A DNA stretch of 43,575 bases. Source: a virus. Location of the stretch: IMG/VR virus record IMGVR_UViG_3300020215_000025; one strand, given 5' to 3'. Shown one piece after another: positions 7,203-15,256 of the stretch. The translations under genes were made by a program, and so were the position numbers. Positions within the stretch are counted from its first letter, which is position 1. The number at the start of each line of letters is the position of its first letter. Below the pieces are notes generated by a model. The model saw only the letters and a list, made by a program, of their open reading frames with translations, made no database searches and was not told the origin of the DNA.

Positions 7203-7417
7203 GCGGAAAAGAGAGATATGAACAGTTTTTGAAGATTGTGCGGGAAGCTGAGTTTGCGTGGAACGTGGAGCCGGACGATTTGGAAGTTGTGGCAGCGTTC
7301 TTACGAGCAAAAGCCGAAACGAAGCGGATTATGAGGAAATCAACCAAAATGGCGGCAGATGCGGTGTACTCTCCCCTTCCTGAAGAGTTTGAGGAGGGCG
7401 AAGATGTCGTTGCGTAA
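7199..7417 (+). CDS. Hypothetical protein (72 aa)
   Basis: Track ORF. Confidence 0.55.
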   Translation: MSGKERYEQFLKIVREAEFAWNVEPDDLEVVAAFLRAKAETKRIMRKSTKMAADAVYSPLPEEFEEGEDVVA

Positions 7418-7598
7418 GGTAGCCCCAGAACCGATAGCGCTTAATTGGTTAGCGTGCTTTGTGTGCAGCCGGAAAATTGAGGTTCAGGATTTCAGAAAGA
7501 TGGTTCAAGAAGGAAAAGTTCTTCAGTGTAAGGTGTGCGGCACCAGGCACAGGCTTAATGCGTCGGGTTGTATGGGCGTGATTGGAGTGGCGGTATGA
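7404..7598 (+). CDS. Small Cys-rich protein (64 aa)
   Basis: ATG 7404 after GAGGAGGG; CFVCSRK...CKVCG. Confidence 0.5.
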   Translation: MSLRKVAPEPIALNWLACFVCSRKIEVQDFRKMVQEGKVLQCKVCGTRHRLNASGCMGVIGVAV

Positions 7599-7675
7599 TC
7601 GACCTTGAGATTGCATGTGCAGCAGCGTGGTTAGGGCTGATCCTAATATTGGTCAGCGATAAGAGGGGAAAATGA
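7595..7675 (+). CDS. Possible 26-aa hydrophobic peptide
   Basis: ATGA coupling at both ends; MIDLEIACAAAWLGLILILVSDKRGK. Confidence 0.3.
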   Translation: MIDLEIACAAAWLGLILILVSDKRGK

Positions 7676-8508
7676 GATACAGCGAGATTCAGGCGTTTAA
7701 TTCGTGTCCTTACAAGTACAAGCTGACGTACATAGACCGCCTTGAGAAGATCGATCAGCCGGAATCAGCGAATGATCGGACTTGGGGCGCAGCAATGCAC
7801 AAGGCGCTTGAACTGTACTACAGAGGCGCTTCGTTTGCCGAGATGATGGCAGGTTTTAAGACGATTTACCCGGAAGATTTAAAGCCAGATGATTTAGCGA
7901 AAACGATTGAAGGTGCTGAAAAAGCGCTTGAGGCGTATATCGCCTACTACAAGGAGCAGGATAAGGACTGGCAGATCATAGACGCGGAAGTTAAGTCTGA
8001 AGTTGAGAACGAAGGAATGCACGAAATGACGGTCGATCTGGTCGCAAAGCACCTCCCTTCTGGCTCCCTCTACTTGTGGGATCACAAGACGACCGGCAAG
8101 ACATTCTCCTATACGTACTGGAAGCAATTCGAGTTGTCAGCGCAGATCACGCGCTACACGGCCTGGGCGCAGCAGAAGTACGGTGAGTGTGCGGGGTTTT
8201 ACATTAACGGCATTGCGGTTGGGCATAGACAGCGGGCATACAAGGGAGAGCCTGCGGGGTATTGGCAACGGTTTGAGCGCCAGTTGTTTAATCGGTCTGC
8301 GGCTCAGATTGAGGCTTGGAAGAAATCAGACCAAGCGTGGATGCGGACAGTTGCATTCAATATTGAGAATAATATTTGGCCTAAAGCATACAACTCGATG
8401 TGCAGCTACTGCGATTTTCACGAGTTGTGTACGGCGGCAGATGATGAGCAGGTTAAGGAAGCGTTGTATAGGACTAATAACAGTCAGAAGGAGCAAGTGC
8501 AGAAATGA
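7672..8508 (+). CDS. PD-(D/E)XK nuclease, Cas4/RecB-like exonuclease with 4-Cys cluster
   Basis: N-terminal Cys (FNSCPYKYKL), TVDLVAK...LWDHKTTGK nuclease core, C-terminal CSYCDFHELC. Confidence 0.8.
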   Translation: MRYSEIQAFNSCPYKYKLTYIDRLEKIDQPESANDRTWGAAMHKALELYYRGASFAEMMAGFKTIYPEDLKPDDLAKTIEGAEKALEAYIAYYKEQDKDWQIIDAEVKSEVENEGMHEMTVDLVAKHLPSGSLYLWDHKTTGKTFSYTYWKQFELSAQITRYTAWAQQKYGECAGFYINGIAVGHRQRAYKGEPAGYWQRFERQLFNRSAAQIEAWKKSDQAWMRTVAFNIENNIWPKAYNSMCSYCDFHELCTAADDEQVKEALYRTNNSQKEQVQK

Positions 8509-8717
8509 GACAGGTCAGAGTGTTAAGAGTTATTGAATACGTTGGAGATGAAGACTGGGTGAAATGGCAAGTTGAGCAATCAATTCATGGAGTACGTAAA
8601 GTTGATGGCTCAAAAGGAAAAGGAGAAATCCGCGTTGCAACAGTCGGAGTTTATCCTGAAGTGTTAGAGAATCTTCCAGAAGATAATCGCCAAGATGTAG
8701 GAGATTTTAACGAATGA
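8505..8717 (+). CDS. Hypothetical protein (70 aa)
   Basis: Track ORF, coupled at both ends. Confidence 0.55.
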   Translation: MRQVRVLRVIEYVGDEDWVKWQVEQSIHGVRKVDGSKGKGEIRVATVGVYPEVLENLPEDNRQDVGDFNE

Positions 8718-9487
8718 TTACTCGTGAGGACATCCTAAATGGGCAAGCGAAGCAGACGGTTAAAATCCTGGCGAATGGCGGGACGGGTACGGGCAAGACT
8801 TATTTCTCGTTTACGTTCCCTAAAGTGGCGTATGCGGGAACCGAGCCCAACGGTCTTGATACGGCTCGATCTAACGCACCTTTGTTGGGAAATCTTGTGT
8901 ACGCAGATGAGTTCATCCCCTCGCCTGCGGAAGATATTAAGCAGACCTTTGAGCGATTAGAAGGGTTTCTTAACCAAGCGCATAAGGACGCAAAGGAAGG
9001 AAAAATCGAAACTCTCGTACTCGACAACATCTCCTTCCTAAGTGAGAACAGGTGGCTCTATATCAATAAATACGAAAAACTCGTAACCAATAGTGGCGCA
9101 TTAGACACCAGGGGCATGTATGGAACTCTATCTCGTTGGCTGTATCAGTTTACTCTTACTCGTTTGCTTAGTTTTCCAGGCAATGTCATTGTCACTTGTC
9201 ATGAGCAAGTTGAAGGCGATGAGGCGATGGAACGCAAAGCTGACAAAACGACTCCGGTGGTACCAAACATACTCGGAGGGTTTAGAGAAAAGGTTGCGGG
9301 AATGTTCTCTGCGAGCATCTACCTTGATAAAAAACGTACGGGAGATAACCAGTACAAGTACGTTGCTAGATGTCAAAAAGGCGGACAGAGAGATGCCAAG
9401 AACAGATATGGCCTTCCTGAAATCGTAGAGAACGTTTCGTATCAGGCAATTATTAACGCAATCAACAACGGAAAGAAAACGGCCTAA
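8714..9487 (+). CDS. AAA_24 / Sak4-like recombination ATPase
   Basis: Walker A GGTGTGKT, Walker B LVLDNISFL, VIVTCHE, C-terminal DAKNRYG. Confidence 0.8.
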   Translation: MITREDILNGQAKQTVKILANGGTGTGKTYFSFTFPKVAYAGTEPNGLDTARSNAPLLGNLVYADEFIPSPAEDIKQTFERLEGFLNQAHKDAKEGKIETLVLDNISFLSENRWLYINKYEKLVTNSGALDTRGMYGTLSRWLYQFTLTRLLSFPGNVIVTCHEQVEGDEAMERKADKTTPVVPNILGGFREKVAGMFSASIYLDKKRTGDNQYKYVARCQKGGQRDAKNRYGLPEIVENVSYQAIINAINNGKKTA

Positions 9488-9519
9488 TAACGGGCATATA
9501 ACCAAGAAGGAGAAGTGTC

Positions 9520-10032
9520 ATGAGTGAAGACGAAGTGGGATTTGATGTAAATGATGAAGTGATTGTTGGAGATTTAACCGATGTGCGGGCTGAGATTCTT
9601 CCTGTTACGCAGAACGTGAAGCTGCGGATTGATAAGGCGTCAATCGCTAAGACTGAATCGGGAGATTTGAAAGGCTTGAAACTGGAATTAGCAATCGCAG
9701 AAGGAATCGAAGTCGCCGGTGAAACGAAGTTTGTGAATAAAAAAGTTTTCACCGGAATTATGGACCTCTGCTTCTATGCAGACCCCGCAACACGTAACAG
9801 TCAGTGGTATAAGTCCAAACAGCACCTGCTCGGATTCAAGCAGTTCATGCAAGCGCTTGATCTCGACATTACGAACGTGAAGATCAATGATGAGTTTTTG
9901 CAAGGGTTAGTTGGGCGTGAGGTTATGGCTAATATTACGCATGAGGAGGATACGGTCAAAGACGAATCAGGAAAAAGACAGAAGACCGGAAACTTTCGAG
10001 AGAAATTGAAGGCGTGGAAGAAAGCAGCGTAA
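9520..10032 (+). CDS. DUF669-like protein (putative ssDNA-binding partner of Sak4)
   Basis: Size and position directly after AAA_24 as in the common nuclease/AAA_24/DUF669 trio; the sequence pattern is only loosely recognisable. Confidence 0.5.
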   Translation: MSEDEVGFDVNDEVIVGDLTDVRAEILPVTQNVKLRIDKASIAKTESGDLKGLKLELAIAEGIEVAGETKFVNKKVFTGIMDLCFYADPATRNSQWYKSKQHLLGFKQFMQALDLDITNVKINDEFLQGLVGREVMANITHEEDTVKDESGKRQKTGNFREKLKAWKKAA

Positions 10033-10442
10033 TCCCCTCCCCTGCTGTCTCGGAACAGGCCGGAGAGTCCAAAAAGGAAGCCATCACCTTCAGGATTCCT
10101 GGCCTGCCTCCGAGCGTTAATTCGCTTTACCAGATCATCTATGCGCAGAAACGAGTTGAGCTGCGACCGGAAGCAAGGCTCTGGAAGTCAAAGGGTAAGC
10201 AATATGTGCCGTGTTGGAAGACGGAGAAGATGGAGCCGCTTGGGATTGAGTTGGAGTTTTACGGGAATTGGTTCTTTAAGAACGCGGCGTTTCGGAAGTT
10301 GGATTTGCAGAATTTGATTAAGCTTGTGTGCGATACGGTGGCTGAGAAGTGCGGCTTCGATGATTCGCAGTTCTTTAAGTTTGAAGCTAAGAAGGTTCAA
10401 TCTGAGGAAGAGTACGTCAAGGTGACACTGAAGAAACTTTGA
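10014..10442 (+). CDS. rusA: RusA-family Holliday junction resolvase
   Basis: IPGLPPSVNSLYQ near the N-terminus, RKLDLQNLIKLVCDTV, FDDSQF...VKVTL at the C-terminus, as in RusA. Confidence 0.75.
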   Translation: MEESSVIPSPAVSEQAGESKKEAITFRIPGLPPSVNSLYQIIYAQKRVELRPEARLWKSKGKQYVPCWKTEKMEPLGIELEFYGNWFFKNAAFRKLDLQNLIKLVCDTVAEKCGFDDSQFFKFEAKKVQSEEEYVKVTLKKL

Positions 10443-10450
10443 GGTGAGAC

Positions 10451-10597
10451 ATGAGACAAGTTGTGGAATTTTGCACGGAAGAATATGCGAATATGTTTGC
10501 AAGGCGGGCGGCAGTTGAGACAGGAAAAGTTGTTTACATTAAGTTTGATAAGATCGCTGAGAAATATAAGGTGGAGTACGAAACAGAAGATCGTTAA
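10451..10597 (+). CDS. Hypothetical protein (48 aa)
   Basis: SD GAGGTGAG upstream of ATG 10451. Confidence 0.45.
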   Translation: MRQVVEFCTEEYANMFARRAAVETGKVVYIKFDKIAEKYKVEYETEDR

Positions 10598-10605
10598 GAA
10601 GAATC

Positions 10606-10719
10606 GTGTTTAGGTGTAAGTGGTGTCGAGCGGTTTTTGAAGTGAAAGAAGAAGCTGAGAAACATGCGGTTGTTTGTGGAATGTTATTCGATGTGATTTG
10701 GTTAAAGGAAAGTGACTAA
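10606..10719 (+). CDS. Possible small CxxC protein (37 aa, GTG start)
   Basis: VFRCKWCRAVFEVKEEAEKHAVVCG; TAATG coupling to the next ORF. Confidence 0.35.
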   Translation: MFRCKWCRAVFEVKEEAEKHAVVCGMLFDVIWLKESD

Positions 10720-10859
10720 TGGAAAAAGAGCGAAGAAATTTATTGGGGTTGATGGAGTGGACTCTGAAGTTGAGAGAGTTGCCAAAGAATTCGGCTGAGT
10801 TTAATGAGGCTATGGACGCTTTGGAGAAAAAAGACAGGAGACGTGATGCCAAAAAGTAA
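10719..10859 (+). CDS. Hypothetical protein (46 aa)
   Basis: TAATG coupling; overlaps next start. Confidence 0.4.
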   Translation: MEKERRNLLGLMEWTLKLRELPKNSAEFNEAMDALEKKDRRRDAKK

Positions 10860-11073
10860 GAAGAAAGAACGTGGAGCGAGGGCGCAAGCAAAGCGAGTGG
10901 CAAAGGTGCAGATTGAGTTGAGTCCTGAGCAAGCGGCTCATTTGGATTTTATGCTTGAGTGTGTTGAGATGTGGGCAATCAATTCGAGAGGTTGCGCGAG
11001 ACTGTGGGAAGAGAATAAGGAATTGATTGAGGAGCTTGTGAGTCAGTTGTATGGGGAGAAAGGTTTGGTATGA
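10846..11073 (+). CDS. Hypothetical basic protein (75 aa)
   Basis: ATG 10846 in frame with track ORF 10804..11073. Confidence 0.5.
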   Translation: MPKSKKKERGARAQAKRVAKVQIELSPEQAAHLDFMLECVEMWAINSRGCARLWEENKELIEELVSQLYGEKGLV

Positions 11074-11717
11074 AGTATCACGAACTGACAGAGAATGTCT
11101 GGAAAGGTTGTTTTAGTAAGGAAGATTTGAATAAAAAAATTAGTGCCTGGCTTGAGGAGAAGGCGCAGAAATTAGCACGAACCTCCGGCGTATCAGTTTT
11201 CATCGACAAGCCGTTTTATGTTTTAGTTAGAGAAATCCTCGGCCTTTCGCCTTTACCCAAAGAGCCTGAAGTTGAGCCGTCAGCCGGAGCGTTTGGATTT
11301 CAGCCGGTGAGCGAGTGTCTTTGTTGGGAGCAAAAAGGATATAAGAACATATATGCAGTGAATCCTAAATGCCCGGAGCATAACAAACAAGCAGTTAAAA
11401 ACGAGGCCCCTATGGAGCAGGTGTTGGGCTGGCTATGTGACAAGTGCAGAACTTTTCAACCTGAGCAGTTTAAGTTCTGTGGCTTTTGCGGGACACAGCG
11501 CCCGGAGGAGCCGAGGAAGGCGCTGTGGCAGATATTAAGAGATTCCACTTCGCCGGGTTCGCAGTACATCGTGAATGATAATTATCACAAGATGGCCAAC
11601 GCCGCGCTCGATGCGGTGCTGGAAGTTATTGATAGCATTGATGCCGTAGTTTCTACTCCTGATAGACAGAATTTCAGGGACGAACTCACGAAACGGCTGG
11701 AAGACCTGCGTGGTTGA
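11070..11717 (+). CDS. Hypothetical protein with zinc-ribbon (215 aa)
   Basis: Track ORF; CDKCRTFQPEQFKFCGFCG. Confidence 0.6.
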   Translation: MKYHELTENVWKGCFSKEDLNKKISAWLEEKAQKLARTSGVSVFIDKPFYVLVREILGLSPLPKEPEVEPSAGAFGFQPVSECLCWEQKGYKNIYAVNPKCPEHNKQAVKNEAPMEQVLGWLCDKCRTFQPEQFKFCGFCGTQRPEEPRKALWQILRDSTSPGSQYIVNDNYHKMANAALDAVLEVIDSIDAVVSTPDRQNFRDELTKRLEDLRG

Positions 11718-11886
11718 TATTGCAAAGTGTGAAGGAACTGACTGCGAGGTTCGGAATAACTGCTACCGCTTCACGGCACCAGATAGCGGGAATATTCAAA
11801 GCTGGATCGAGATGCCGGACGTAAAAGGGAAAGATTGTTGGGCGTACTGGCCCATGAAGCGGCTGGAAGAGATGAGGGCGGAATGA
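11710..11886 (+). CDS. Small Cys-rich protein (58 aa, GTG start)
   Basis: KCEGTDCEVRNNCYRF...DCWAYWP; overlaps flanking genes. Confidence 0.45.
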   Translation: MVDIAKCEGTDCEVRNNCYRFTAPDSGNIQSWIEMPDVKGKDCWAYWPMKRLEEMRAE

Positions 11887-12053
11887 AATATCTACTAATT
11901 TTAATCTTGATTAGTACGTTTTGCGGATCAGCGTTTGCGAAGGAAGAATGTAAATACGGCAGAGGCTTTGGCATTCAAGTAGACGCAGCCGCCTCGTATC
12001 AACAATGCCGAATCGCCAATGCTTTAGAGGATATTGCGGAGGCTTTGAAATGA
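11883..12053 (+). CDS. Small secreted protein (signal peptide)
   Basis: MKYLLILILISTFCGSAFAKEE: hydrophobic leader plus AFA-K cleavage-like site. Confidence 0.55.
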   Translation: MKYLLILILISTFCGSAFAKEECKYGRGFGIQVDAAASYQQCRIANALEDIAEALK

Positions 12054-12169
12054 GTGAATACAGATTTAAAACCTATTGCGGTATCTGTGGAAGATTTGAC
12101 ATTTGCCGCTATTGTTGGGTCACGAACAGTTTTAAATGTCCAGAACACGGTGGAAGCAGCGGCTGTTAA
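12050..12169 (+). CDS. Small Cys-rich protein (39 aa)
   Basis: YCGICGRFDICRYCW...KCPEH; ATGA coupling. Confidence 0.45.
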   Translation: MSEYRFKTYCGICGRFDICRYCWVTNSFKCPEHGGSSGC

Positions 12170-12199
12170 CCAAAACAGAATAATTGGGGGATGAGGGAG

Positions 12200-12445
12200 A
12201 TGAAGCTCTGGCTGATTAGTCAAAGTAAGCACAACGATTATGATACTTATGATTCTGCTGTAGTTGCCGCCGAGACGGAAGAAGAGGCTCGCTGGATTCA
12301 TCCGAGCAATGACGAATGGGACGGAAAGTCAGACCATCACTACGACTGTTGGGCTTCTGTTGAATTTGTTAAGGCTGAGTATCTAGGGGAAGCCAAAGAA
12401 GGCACAAAAAAAGGTGTTATCTGCGCATCATTCAATGCCGGATGA
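12200..12445 (+). CDS. Hypothetical protein (81 aa)
   Basis: Track ORF 12191..12445; ATG 12200 has better SD spacing. Confidence 0.6.
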   Translation: MKLWLISQSKHNDYDTYDSAVVAAETEEEARWIHPSNDEWDGKSDHHYDCWASVEFVKAEYLGEAKEGTKKGVICASFNAG

Positions 12446-12460
12446 TTTTAACCCAAAACC
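12440..12460 (+). repeat. Junction motif copy
   Basis: GGATGATTTTAACCCAAAACC spanning the stop of the upstream gene. Confidence 0.6.
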
Positions 12461-12484
12461 AAACCAGATGAGGGAGAGGAAAGA

Positions 12485-12718
12485 ATGGGAAAACTAATTG
12501 GAGTAACTACAACATTGGGATTAGCAGGGTTCACGGCATGGTTATTCTGGGGACCGCTTAGGCTGTTCTTCTTTTCGTTGATTCCGGCAACGGCTGAATA
12601 TGCTTGGGTAGGGAAACTTATCGTTACTGTTTTGATCGCGTGGTTTGGTGGTTTGGCGCTGCCGTTTATTATTCTAATTTGCGGTCTTCTGATCACATTC
12701 GGAGTGATTGGACGCTAG
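12485..12718 (+). CDS. Membrane protein (about 3 TM, 77 aa)
   Basis: Track ORF; almost entirely hydrophobic (LGLAGFTAWLFWGPLRLFFFSLIP...LALPFIILICGLLITFGVIG). Confidence 0.65.
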   Translation: MGKLIGVTTTLGLAGFTAWLFWGPLRLFFFSLIPATAEYAWVGKLIVTVLIAWFGGLALPFIILICGLLITFGVIGR

Positions 12719-12762
12719 AGCCTTTAATAAAAGAAAAGAAAGAGGAGGGGTTCTTGATCGGA

Positions 12763-13011
12763 ATGGAAGCGTTTGCGGTAATTAAACGGCCCGGATACGG
12801 GAAATGTAAAAACTCTTCCTTTGCTGATGGCCAACATCGGGCCGGACTTATTCCAGTGTGGAGCGCATTAGACGGCGGACTCCCCGGTTGTTCTTCAAAG
12901 TGGTTCTGCGTTGATTGCGAAAAGCCATTGAAGCGAGAAGGCTATTTTGTGCCAATGAAACAACCGTCCAGAATCGGGGAGCTTTTAATCCCCCCGCGAA
13001 GGGAAGATTAG
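12763..13011 (+). CDS. Hypothetical protein (82 aa)
   Basis: ATG 12763 (or TTG 12754) after AGAGGAGGGG; the track ORF 12604 start lies inside the previous gene. Confidence 0.5.
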   Translation: MEAFAVIKRPGYGKCKNSSFADGQHRAGLIPVWSALDGGLPGCSSKWFCVDCEKPLKREGYFVPMKQPSRIGELLIPPRRED

Positions 13012-13055
13012 ATTAAGAGCGTGACAGTTTTATAACGGGCATTGAGGAGAATGAC

Positions 13056-13331
13056 ATGAGGATTGAGTATTTCGAGGTGAAGATGGTGCCGGAAAATGCG
13101 GCCTACGGTCAGGGTAAGCGGCTGAGGATAACGATTGAGGCTGATGGACGCGTGTTTGATAACACGCAACACATTTCCCTGGACTGGTTCGAGAACTTGA
13201 ACGACAACGATTTTAAGTCTCGCTTCGATCATATTTTCGACAAGATGAAATACGAATTTAAGAACTTGATTGATGCGTATATCGAAAAAGAAGTGGCGGC
13301 ACCCCTATCGTTAAAATGGCTCACGAGATGA
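13056..13331 (+). CDS. Hypothetical protein (91 aa)
   Basis: Track ORF; SD GAGGAG upstream. Confidence 0.6.
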   Translation: MRIEYFEVKMVPENAAYGQGKRLRITIEADGRVFDNTQHISLDWFENLNDNDFKSRFDHIFDKMKYEFKNLIDAYIEKEVAAPLSLKWLTR

Positions 13332-13350
13332 GCAAAAGAAAGCCAAAGTA

Positions 13351-13368
13351 GGGATGCCTTTACCCAAG
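13351..13368 (+). repeat. Junction motif copy
   Basis: GGGATGCCTTTACCCAAG in a noncoding spacer. Confidence 0.6.
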
Positions 13369-13394
13369 ATTAGACTAAAGGATTGCGAGGGCGG

Positions 13395-13586
13395 ATGAAC
13401 AGATTAAAAGAAAAAATAATCATGGCTATCGCTTGGGCGCTTCCTCCAAAGATATTGTTGTGGGCTGTAATTCGGGGCTTTGCTGACGCCACAAGTGGCG
13501 AGAACGGAAACAAGTTTATTGGCGATATTGGCTACAAGGAAGTTTACGACTCCATCGTCAAGAAATACAAGATAACCGGGATGTAG
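13395..13586 (+). CDS. Hypothetical protein with N-terminal hydrophobic segment (63 aa)
   Basis: In frame with track ORF 13383..13586. Confidence 0.5.
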   Translation: MNRLKEKIIMAIAWALPPKILLWAVIRGFADATSGENGNKFIGDIGYKEVYDSIVKKYKITGM

Positions 13587-13603
13587 GATGCCCTTAACCA
13601 AGG
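13586..13603 (+). repeat. Junction motif copy
   Basis: GGATGCCCTTAACCAAGG immediately after the upstream stop and 39 nt before the tnpB-like ATG. Confidence 0.65.
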
Positions 13604-13641
13604 CACCGCGATAGAGGGAGTTTAGGCTATAATTCGCAACC

Positions 13642-14697
13642 ATGAACCGCTCCTATAAGCTAAAAGTATACGGAAACAAGGTAAAGACCGACACGGCGCT
13701 TTATACGCTTAACCGCTTCAAAGCGTTTTCTGAATGCTTTATCGGAAAGCTATTCTTTAATGGGAACCGGCACATAAGCACAGTTGGAATGGGCGACCTT
13801 GCCGACAAAGCGCAAAAAAAATGTTTTGGTGTGGTCAGAAGCCTTCACGCACTTCAGAAAGAAGGCATAAAAACAAATGTTCCTTATAAGCCTGATTTTG
13901 GTTGTCCTGGAATGATCTACCCCGCCAAAAAGGGCGCGTTCGACTATTGGATTTCCGTATCAAATCTTTGGACGAAGCGAAGCGTTGTCGCCCTTCCGGC
14001 CAAATCACATAAAGCGTTAAACGGGGCTTTAAAGAATGGTTGGAAAATAATTCCTAATTGCGAATTGAAAATCATTAACGGAAACCTTTACGCGATTGTT
14101 TTTGTTTCAAAAGAAACAAGTCGAATGAAGAAATTCAACAATGTTCTTGGCTGTGATGTCGGCTTGAAACACTCTGTATCATGCTCTGATCGTTACCTTG
14201 GCCACGGGCTAAAAAGAGCCATCCGTACAGACAGAATAAGAACTGCGGAGCGTCGCCGTCAAGGGCATAAAGTTTCTTCAAAAGTAAAAACGCTTATTAA
14301 ACAGATTCTCGACCGCGAAGCAAAGACAGTCTTGAGACGTTCTCAAAGGTCTTTGTCTGCTATTGCTGTCGAAAGCCCGAAGCGACTAGCAAATCTAAGA
14401 AGCGGAAAGCTTCAAGGATGGGCAAGAAGCTACTTTGCTAACCGACTCCATATCTTAGGCAAGGAAAACGGGGTTTTGATACTGGATATTAATCCTTATC
14501 AGACTTCTCAGACTTGTTCTAAGTGTGGAATTGTGGATAAAAAGAGTCGGCGCAGTCGTGATGAGTTTGTTTGTGCTTCATGCGGTCACAAAGATCACGC
14601 AGACACAAACGCCTCGGTCGTGATAGCGCAAAAGGGCGCTCAAATGCTGGCTAAAAAGTCAGCGATCAGAATGAGTAAATTTCTGGCTCACACCTGA
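13642..14697 (+). CDS. tnpB: Compact TnpB/Cas12-like RuvC nuclease (OrfB zinc-ribbon type), 351 aa
   Basis: RuvC-I LGCDVGLKH, RuvC-II IAVESPKRL, NPYQTSQTCSKCG...FVCASCGHKDHADTNASVVIA (CxxC..CxxC zinc ribbon plus RuvC-III Asp); N-terminal YKLKVYGNK strand typical of TnpB. Confidence 0.85.
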   Translation: MNRSYKLKVYGNKVKTDTALYTLNRFKAFSECFIGKLFFNGNRHISTVGMGDLADKAQKKCFGVVRSLHALQKEGIKTNVPYKPDFGCPGMIYPAKKGAFDYWISVSNLWTKRSVVALPAKSHKALNGALKNGWKIIPNCELKIINGNLYAIVFVSKETSRMKKFNNVLGCDVGLKHSVSCSDRYLGHGLKRAIRTDRIRTAERRRQGHKVSSKVKTLIKQILDREAKTVLRRSQRSLSAIAVESPKRLANLRSGKLQGWARSYFANRLHILGKENGVLILDINPYQTSQTCSKCGIVDKKSRRSRDEFVCASCGHKDHADTNASVVIAQKGAQMLAKKSAIRMSKFLAHT

Positions 14698-14719
14698 GAG
14701 GTTTTAACAAAGGAGTCCT

Positions 14720-14872
14720 ATGAAGGAGTGGAGACTTACTAGAGTTAATCAGGGCTGGAAAATGTCACGTGTTGAAGGTGAGTGCGTTGCCCTCCGCAAC
14801 CTAAAGTGGTACGACTACGTATTGAATTGGCACAAAATGTTGATTCGGAGGCTTTTAATCCATGAGCGATAA
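14720..14872 (+). CDS. Hypothetical protein (50 aa)
   Basis: AGGAG 4 nt upstream of ATG 14720; overlaps the next start. Confidence 0.45.
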   Translation: MKEWRLTRVNQGWKMSRVEGECVALRNLKWYDYVLNWHKMLIRRLLIHER

Positions 14873-15101
14873 GTTTGAGGAAGAGGTTAAGAAAGTGATA
14901 AAGGAGAATGACAGCCTTCTTAAAAAACTGGCTTTTGATGAGGGGTATGAAAAGGGATATGCCGCAGGCTTAGAGAAAGCGGCGGAAAAAGCAGGCAGTT
15001 TTTGTTTTGGTGATAAAGATAGGGGTTGTATGGCTTGCGAAATTGAAAACGCTATCCGCGCGGAAGCCAAGCAACTAGATAAACCGGGCCTTACGGGATA
15101 A
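14862..15101 (+). CDS. Hypothetical helical protein (79 aa)
   Basis: Track ORF; GGAGG 10 nt upstream. Confidence 0.6.
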   Translation: MSDKFEEEVKKVIKENDSLLKKLAFDEGYEKGYAAGLEKAAEKAGSFCFGDKDRGCMACEIENAIRAEAKQLDKPGLTG

Positions 15102-15160
15102 CCAAGAGAGCTACAATTAGCTCCCCCGGCTTTTAACAGAGAGGATTTATTAAAAGATTT

Positions 15161-15233
15161 GGTTGGTGGTGTCCAGTATGGTTAACGACTATCGGTGCTA
15201 GCGAGGCGAAACACACCGAGCCACCAACCTCCA
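15161..15233 (+). ncRNA. Candidate structured RNA (Y-shaped, acceptor-like 9-bp closing stem, 3' TCCA); not a canonical tRNA
   Basis: GGTTGGTGG 15161-15169 pairs with CCACCAACC 15221-15229. Internal stems are GTC/GAC (15171-73/15187-89) and CGGTG/CACCG (15193-97/15214-18). It lies in a 170-nt ORF-free gap. Confidence 0.4.
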
Positions 15234-15237
15234 GTTT

Positions 15238-15256
15238 GGATGCAGTTAATAAAAAG
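15238..15256 (+). repeat. Junction motif copy
   Basis: GGATGCAGTTAATAAAAAG directly 3' of the structured element. Confidence 0.55.

Noticed and set aside
15161-15233. Possible tRNA gene (perfect 7-bp acceptor-like stem, discriminator base, encoded CCA, GG-containing D-like loop, a 7-nt loop with U33-like T and GCU in anticodon position)
   Set aside because: I cannot form a T arm: the 17 nt before the 3' acceptor strand do not pair and there is no GTTCRA-like loop. The putative anticodon stem has only 3 Watson-Crick pairs. I keep it as a candidate structured RNA, not a tRNA.
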